Shown here one piece after another: positions 60,089 through 64,000 of a stretch of 64,000 nucleotides of DNA (positions are counted from its first letter, which is position 1; every line of letters begins with the position of its first letter). The position numbers and the translations under genes are program-made. Under the pieces are notes generated by a model. The model saw nothing but the letters and a program-made list of their open reading frames with translations. It did not search any database and was not told the origin of the DNA. Where the stretch lies: assembly GCA_934102335.1 (NCBI GenBank), contig CAKOSP010000004.1, positions 65,474 through 129,473 of the forward strand, given 5' to 3'. Origin of the DNA: an uncultured Bacilli bacterium. Its GTDB lineage: Bacteria; Bacillota_I; Bacilli_A; RF39; UBA660.

Positions 60089-60973
60089 ATGGTAAAACTT
60101 AAACAGTGTTCTAATAAAGAGGGTATTATTAATGGATTACTCTTTGTTTTTGGAGTTTTTTTATTAGCAATGTGTTATAACCTTTTATTACTTCCAAATA
60201 ATTTTGTTATTGGAGGTGTGTCTGGTTTAGCAATAGTTTTACAACAAGTAAGTGGTATTAACTCATCTATATTTATTTATATTTTTAATATAGTATTGTT
60301 AATTATTTGTTATTTGGTTTTAGGACAAGATGAAGGAAAATTTACTTTGATTGGATCTATTTTATATCCTTTAATGATAACATTTACGGCTCCTATTGCT
60401 AACTTTATGCTAAATTATTTAGATTTAGAGGACACTATTTTAATTGTTTTAATTTCCGGATTATTATATGGGTTTAGTAGTGGATTAATATTTAAATGTG
60501 GTTTTTCTATTGGTGGTTCTGATGTTATTGTTAAAATAATTTCAAAATATTTACATATTCCTGAGGGAAAAGCAACATTTACTTCTAATATACTAATTAT
60601 TTTGTTAGGTGCTACGGTATTTGGTTTAAATAAAGCTATCTATTCAATAATAATTATTTATATTGGTTCTTTAATAATTGATAAGATAATGTTTGGTAAA
60701 TCTAATTCTAAAATGTTTTATATTTTTACTAAAAAATCACATTTGATAAAAAGAACTATATTAAGAGAATTTAAATCAGGATTTACAATGTTACCTGTAA
60801 AGGGTGGTTACTCTAAACAAAATGGCATGTTAATAATGTGTGTTTTGCCAAATAGCGATTATTATAAATTTAAAAAAAGAATTATGGAATTGGATGAAAA
60901 AGCATTTTTTATTATAGAAGATTGTTATGAATCACATGGTGGAGTAATTAAGAAAAATTTACCATTTATGTAG
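60089..60973 (+). CDS. YitT-family membrane protein (DUF161 x2 plus DUF2179).
   Basis: It has a GGVSGLAIVL motif, repeated membrane modules and a soluble C-terminal domain. Confidence 0.65.
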   Translation: MVKLKQCSNKEGIINGLLFVFGVFLLAMCYNLLLLPNNFVIGGVSGLAIVLQQVSGINSSIFIYIFNIVLLIICYLVLGQDEGKFTLIGSILYPLMITFTAPIANFMLNYLDLEDTILIVLISGLLYGFSSGLIFKCGFSIGGSDVIVKIISKYLHIPEGKATFTSNILIILLGATVFGLNKAIYSIIIIYIGSLIIDKIMFGKSNSKMFYIFTKKSHLIKRTILREFKSGFTMLPVKGGYSKQNGMLIMCVLPNSDYYKFKKRIMELDEKAFFIIEDCYESHGGVIKKNLPFM

Positions 60974-61008
60974 AGATGAAAATATTATATAATTAATATG
61001 GAGGTATA

Positions 61009-61710
61009 ATGAAAATAATTGAGTTTAAAAACGTTAGTAAGACGTATAAAAATGGTATAACAGCTTTGGCTGATGTTAATATTTCAATAAAAAAAGGGGA
61101 ATTTGTTTTTATTACTGGTCTTACTGCTTCTGGTAAATCTACACTTATCAAAATGATTTACCGTGAGGAAAAACCTACCAAAGGAACAGTTATTGTTGGT
61201 GGAATTAATGTTGGTAAATTGAGAAATGGAAAAGTTTATAAATTAAGAAGAAGACTTGGAGTCGTATTTCAGGACTTTAAGTTACTTCCTAAATTAACAG
61301 TTTATGAAAATGTTGCTTTTGCTTTAGAATGTGTTGGAATGAAACAAAATGAAATTAGACCAAAGGTTATGAAAGCTTTAGAAAAAGTTGGTCTTAAAGA
61401 AAAAATAAGATGTTTTCCTGGTGAGTTATCTGGTGGAGAACAACAAAGAGTTTGTATAGCTAGATCTATAGTTAATGAACCAAAGGTATTAATATGTGAT
61501 GAACCAACTGGAAATTTAGATCCTGATACTTCTAAAGAGATTATGGATGTAATTGATTCAATTAATAAAGATATGCAAACAACTATTGTTATGGCTACAC
61601 ATGATAAAGATATTGTTAATAGAATGAAAAAGCGTGTTTTATTAATCGATAATAATACTGTAGCTGGAGATTATGAGAAAGGAAGTTATAAGGTTCATGA
61701 AAGCATTTAG
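61009..61710 (+). CDS. ftsE: Cell division ATP-binding protein FtsE.
   Basis: It has Walker A (GLTASGKST), an ABC signature (LSGGEQQR) and Walker B (DEPTGNLD). Confidence 0.9.
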   Translation: MKIIEFKNVSKTYKNGITALADVNISIKKGEFVFITGLTASGKSTLIKMIYREEKPTKGTVIVGGINVGKLRNGKVYKLRRRLGVVFQDFKLLPKLTVYENVAFALECVGMKQNEIRPKVMKALEKVGLKEKIRCFPGELSGGEQQRVCIARSIVNEPKVLICDEPTGNLDPDTSKEIMDVIDSINKDMQTTIVMATHDKDIVNRMKKRVLLIDNNTVAGDYEKGSYKVHESI

Positions 61711-62590
61711 AATTTTAGGTAGAAGTATTAGAGATTCCTTTAAAAGTGTTGTTCGTAATTTTAGTTTGAGTATAGCTTCCATATTATGCGTAACAATAAC
61801 TTTAATATTAGTTTCTGTTTCTATAATTGTCGCCGCCAATGTGAAAAATACTACTGATAAGATAGAAAGTGAATTAACTATTGTAGTATATTTAGATAAT
61901 AAAGTTACGGAAGAACAAATAGATAGTATTAAAAAAAGTATTGAAGGTTCTTCTAAAGTAGAAAAAGTGGATTATAAAAATAAAGACGAATGGAAAATGG
62001 AAATGTCTGAATATTCTGATTCTTTTAAAACAGCTTTAGATTATTTAGATACAAATCCTCTTATGGACTCTTTTTCAGTAAAAGTTCATAGCGTACATGA
62101 TTTATCAGAGGTAGCATCTTATATAAAAACTCTTGACCATGTAAAAAACGTAAAATATGGTGAAGGTATGGTCGATAATATTATATCTGCATTTGATGTA
62201 TTTCAAAAAATAGCATTAGTTATTGTTATCGCACTAGTTATAGTAACAGCCTTTTTAATAAGCAATACTATTAAATTGACTATTTTTTCTAGAAGAAATG
62301 AAATAGAAATTATGCGTTTGGTTGGTGCTAGTAATATATCTATTAAATTACCATTTATTTTTGAAGGATTTATAATTGGGGTTATAGGTTCAATTATTCC
62401 GATTTTAGTGACAATTTATGGTTATGTTATTTTGTATAGTAGATTAAATGGTAAAATGTTTACTTCTTTGATAACTTTGATAAAACCATATAACTTTGTA
62501 TTTTATGTTTGTGGTATTTTAATATTATTAGGTGCGATAGTGGGTATGCTTGGAAGTTTAAAAGCTGTAAGGAAATATTTGAAGATATGA
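61697..62590 (+). CDS. ftsX: Cell division permease FtsX.
   Basis: It has 4 TM segments and a large extracellular loop, and it follows ftsE. Confidence 0.85.
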   Translation: MKAFRILGRSIRDSFKSVVRNFSLSIASILCVTITLILVSVSIIVAANVKNTTDKIESELTIVVYLDNKVTEEQIDSIKKSIEGSSKVEKVDYKNKDEWKMEMSEYSDSFKTALDYLDTNPLMDSFSVKVHSVHDLSEVASYIKTLDHVKNVKYGEGMVDNIISAFDVFQKIALVIVIALVIVTAFLISNTIKLTIFSRRNEIEIMRLVGASNISIKLPFIFEGFIIGVIGSIIPILVTIYGYVILYSRLNGKMFTSLITLIKPYNFVFYVCGILILLGAIVGMLGSLKAVRKYLKI

Positions 62591-63822
62591 TGAAAAAAAT
62601 TCTAAAAAGTTTATTTAATTTAATTCTTATAGTTATGTTGTTAGCTCCATATATTTTGGAGCCTTATGAAGTTTATGCTGCTAGTAAAGCTACGACTTTA
62701 AGAGGTTTAAGACAAGAACTTGCAAATTTGCAAAGTCAAAAAAAGAAAAAGGAAAATGCTGTTGCATCGACAGAATCGGCAATAAAGCAAAAAAACAATG
62801 AAATTGCTGCTGCTCATGCAGATATTGAGAAAGCCGAAAATGATATTGAAGTTGCAAAAAATGATATAGAAGAATCAAATAAAAAGATTTCAGAATTAGA
62901 AGAAAAATCTAAAGAGATGCTAAAATTCTATGAGATTATGGATAACAATGATAGTTATATGGAATATATAACTGGAGCTAGTACGATGACTGATCTTATT
63001 ATGAGAATGGATGCTGTTAACATAATAATAGAATATAATAAAGATACTATAACTGAATTGGAAGAACTTATTAATACTAATAAACAGTTACAAGTTGATT
63101 TGTTAGTTAAGCAAGATCAATTGGAATCTAATATTACTACTTATGAAAAAAAGATTGAAAGTTTAGAAGGAGATTTATCTATATTATCTGATGCTGTAAT
63201 GGATATCGACGATCAAATTAATGCTCAAAAAGAATTAGTTAATTTCTATGTGAGTATTGGTTGTAAAGAAGATCAAGACTTGGATGAATGTTTAAATTCT
63301 TCAAATAATGCTTCCTGGTTAAAACCACTTAATAGGGGTAGAATTAATAGCCTTTGGGGTTGGAGAATTAGTCCTATTACTGGTAAAAGCTCATTACATA
63401 ATGGTCTTGATATTGGTGGAAACTCTGAGGGTACTAATGTTTTGGGTATTGGTAATGGTACTGTAGCGGCTATAGTTAATGCTACTAATAAATACCGAAC
63501 ATCTGGTAAAAAAACTTGTGGCGGAAATCAAGTATATATAAATGTTCAAATAGCTGGTGTTAAATATACGGTTTTATATGCTCATCTTTTGAGTATTAAT
63601 GTTAAAGTAGGTGACAAAGTAACTTCTCAGACTGTTATTGGTCGCCAAGGTGGAGGATTTGGTACAAAAGCATGGGAAACATGTTCAACTGGTACACATT
63701 TACATTTTGGTGTAAGTAAAGGCTATTATACATCTTATTCTAAGTTTGTTTCTGGAAATATTGATCCACCAGGATACCCTAAAAAGGGTGCATGGTTTAA
63801 TTCAAGAACACAATGGTTTTAA
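62587..63822 (+). CDS. Coiled-coil M23 metallopeptidase (EnvC/PcsB-like partner of FtsEX).
   Basis: It has a signal peptide, a long coiled coil and a C-terminal M23 domain with HNGLD (HxxxD) and HLHF (HxH). It has an ATGA overlap with the ftsX stop. Confidence 0.8.
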   Translation: MMKKILKSLFNLILIVMLLAPYILEPYEVYAASKATTLRGLRQELANLQSQKKKKENAVASTESAIKQKNNEIAAAHADIEKAENDIEVAKNDIEESNKKISELEEKSKEMLKFYEIMDNNDSYMEYITGASTMTDLIMRMDAVNIIIEYNKDTITELEELINTNKQLQVDLLVKQDQLESNITTYEKKIESLEGDLSILSDAVMDIDDQINAQKELVNFYVSIGCKEDQDLDECLNSSNNASWLKPLNRGRINSLWGWRISPITGKSSLHNGLDIGGNSEGTNVLGIGNGTVAAIVNATNKYRTSGKKTCGGNQVYINVQIAGVKYTVLYAHLLSINVKVGDKVTSQTVIGRQGGGFGTKAWETCSTGTHLHFGVSKGYYTSYSKFVSGNIDPPGYPKKGAWFNSRTQWF

Positions 63823-63846
63823 TCCTTGTGTTTCTTTTTTTATTTA
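63806..63846 (+). terminator. Intrinsic terminator (GAACACAA-loop-TTGTGTTT, then T7).
   Basis: Hairpin plus U-tract after the M23 gene. Confidence 0.5.
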
Positions 63847-63883
63847 AATATGTTAATATATAAAAGAAATTGTTGGTGATTTT

Positions 63884-64000
63884 ATGACCTTTAATACTAG
63901 TTTAAAAGAGGAAATTTCAAAAAAAAGCTTTAATTTAGTTGATGGTAATGCAGAAGTAGCTGCTTATTTAATTGCTTTGGGAAAAATTACTAAAAAGGAA
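63884..64000 (+). CDS. 5' end of an unidentified ORF (MTFNTSLKEEISKKSFNLVDGNAEVAAYL...), cut by the window edge.
   Basis: An ATG start with an AAAGAAA-type RBS. Its N-terminal pattern is faintly WhiA-like. Confidence 0.3.
   Translation, partial: MTFNTSLKEEISKKSFNLVDGNAEVAAYLIALGKITKKE

Noticed and set aside
1-64000. Possibility that this is a Mollicutes genome (Mycoplasma or phytoplasma), given the extreme AT richness.
   Set aside because: TGA is used as a stop (for example at 6996-6998) and Trp is TGG, so the code is standard. The window also encodes a full cell-wall toolkit (FemAB, MurJ-like flippase, M23 peptidases, LysM, FtsEX, DivIC) and sporulation genes (spo0A, spoVT, spoVG, yabG, yabP/Q), which Mollicutes lack.
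1-64000. CRISPR arrays, IS elements, integrases, prophage or toxin-antitoxin modules.
   Set aside because: The only direct repeats longer than 20 bp are the post-gyrA motifs, which are not a repeat-spacer array. There are no transposase, integrase or recombinase-like ORFs. All intergenic gaps are short and occupied by terminators, promoters or leaders.
63884-64000. Calling the final partial ORF whiA.
   Set aside because: Only about 39 residues are visible and the resemblance to the WhiA N-terminus is weak, so I left it as an unidentified partial CDS.

Overview
This window is a gene-dense, co-linear core-genome segment from a very AT-rich (by eye, under 30% GC) low-GC Gram-positive bacterium. 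The genetic code is standard: TGA is used as a stop and TGG encodes Trp. I therefore rejected a Mollicutes origin. Gene order is a compacted version of the Bacillus subtilis origin-proximal region, reading gyrA–(SRP RNA)–tadA–dnaX–ybaB–recR–bofA–holB–yaaT–yabB–pth–mfd–spoVT–metG–tatD–yabE–rsmA–yabG–veg–spoVG–yabP–yabQ–divIC. Next come clpP on the minus strand, a TGS/uridine-kinase fusion, gap–pgk, a Cys-rich small ORF, spo0A and a divergent gpmI. The complete S10–spc–alpha ribosomal protein cluster follows (rpsJ to rplQ, including secY, adk, map, infA, rpmJ and rpoA), with rpmD (L30) absent. Straight after rplQ come parA–parB–DUF951–abgT–ychF–rpsF–ssb–rpsR, an orphan Ser/Thr/Tyr-rich ORF, rplI and the replicative helicase. 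Then come a LysM-M23 peptidase, a walJ-like MBL hydrolase, rlmH and ung, followed by a cell-envelope cluster (DHHW protein, MBOAT, two tandem FemAB paralogs, a MOP flippase, a GerQ-like coat protein, yitT, ftsEX and an M23 peptidase). Many sporulation genes are present (bofA, spoVT, yabG, spoVG, yabP, yabQ, spo0A, gerQ-like), so this is an endospore-former with a reduced genome. I found no rRNA, tRNA, CRISPR or mobile elements. The noncoding features I can support are a small SRP RNA, a Met T-box leader and several intrinsic terminators. I can also support several extended -10 promoters and an array of perfect 20-bp palindromes (TTTC-N4-GAAA core) interleaved with an 18-bp direct repeat that matches a DnaA-box-like motif. 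The least expected elements are this repeat array, spo0A sitting in the glycolytic operon next to a gpmI with substituted catalytic residues, the orphan STY-rich ORF in the rpsR–rplI slot, and the FemAB/MBOAT/DHHW/flippase envelope cluster.
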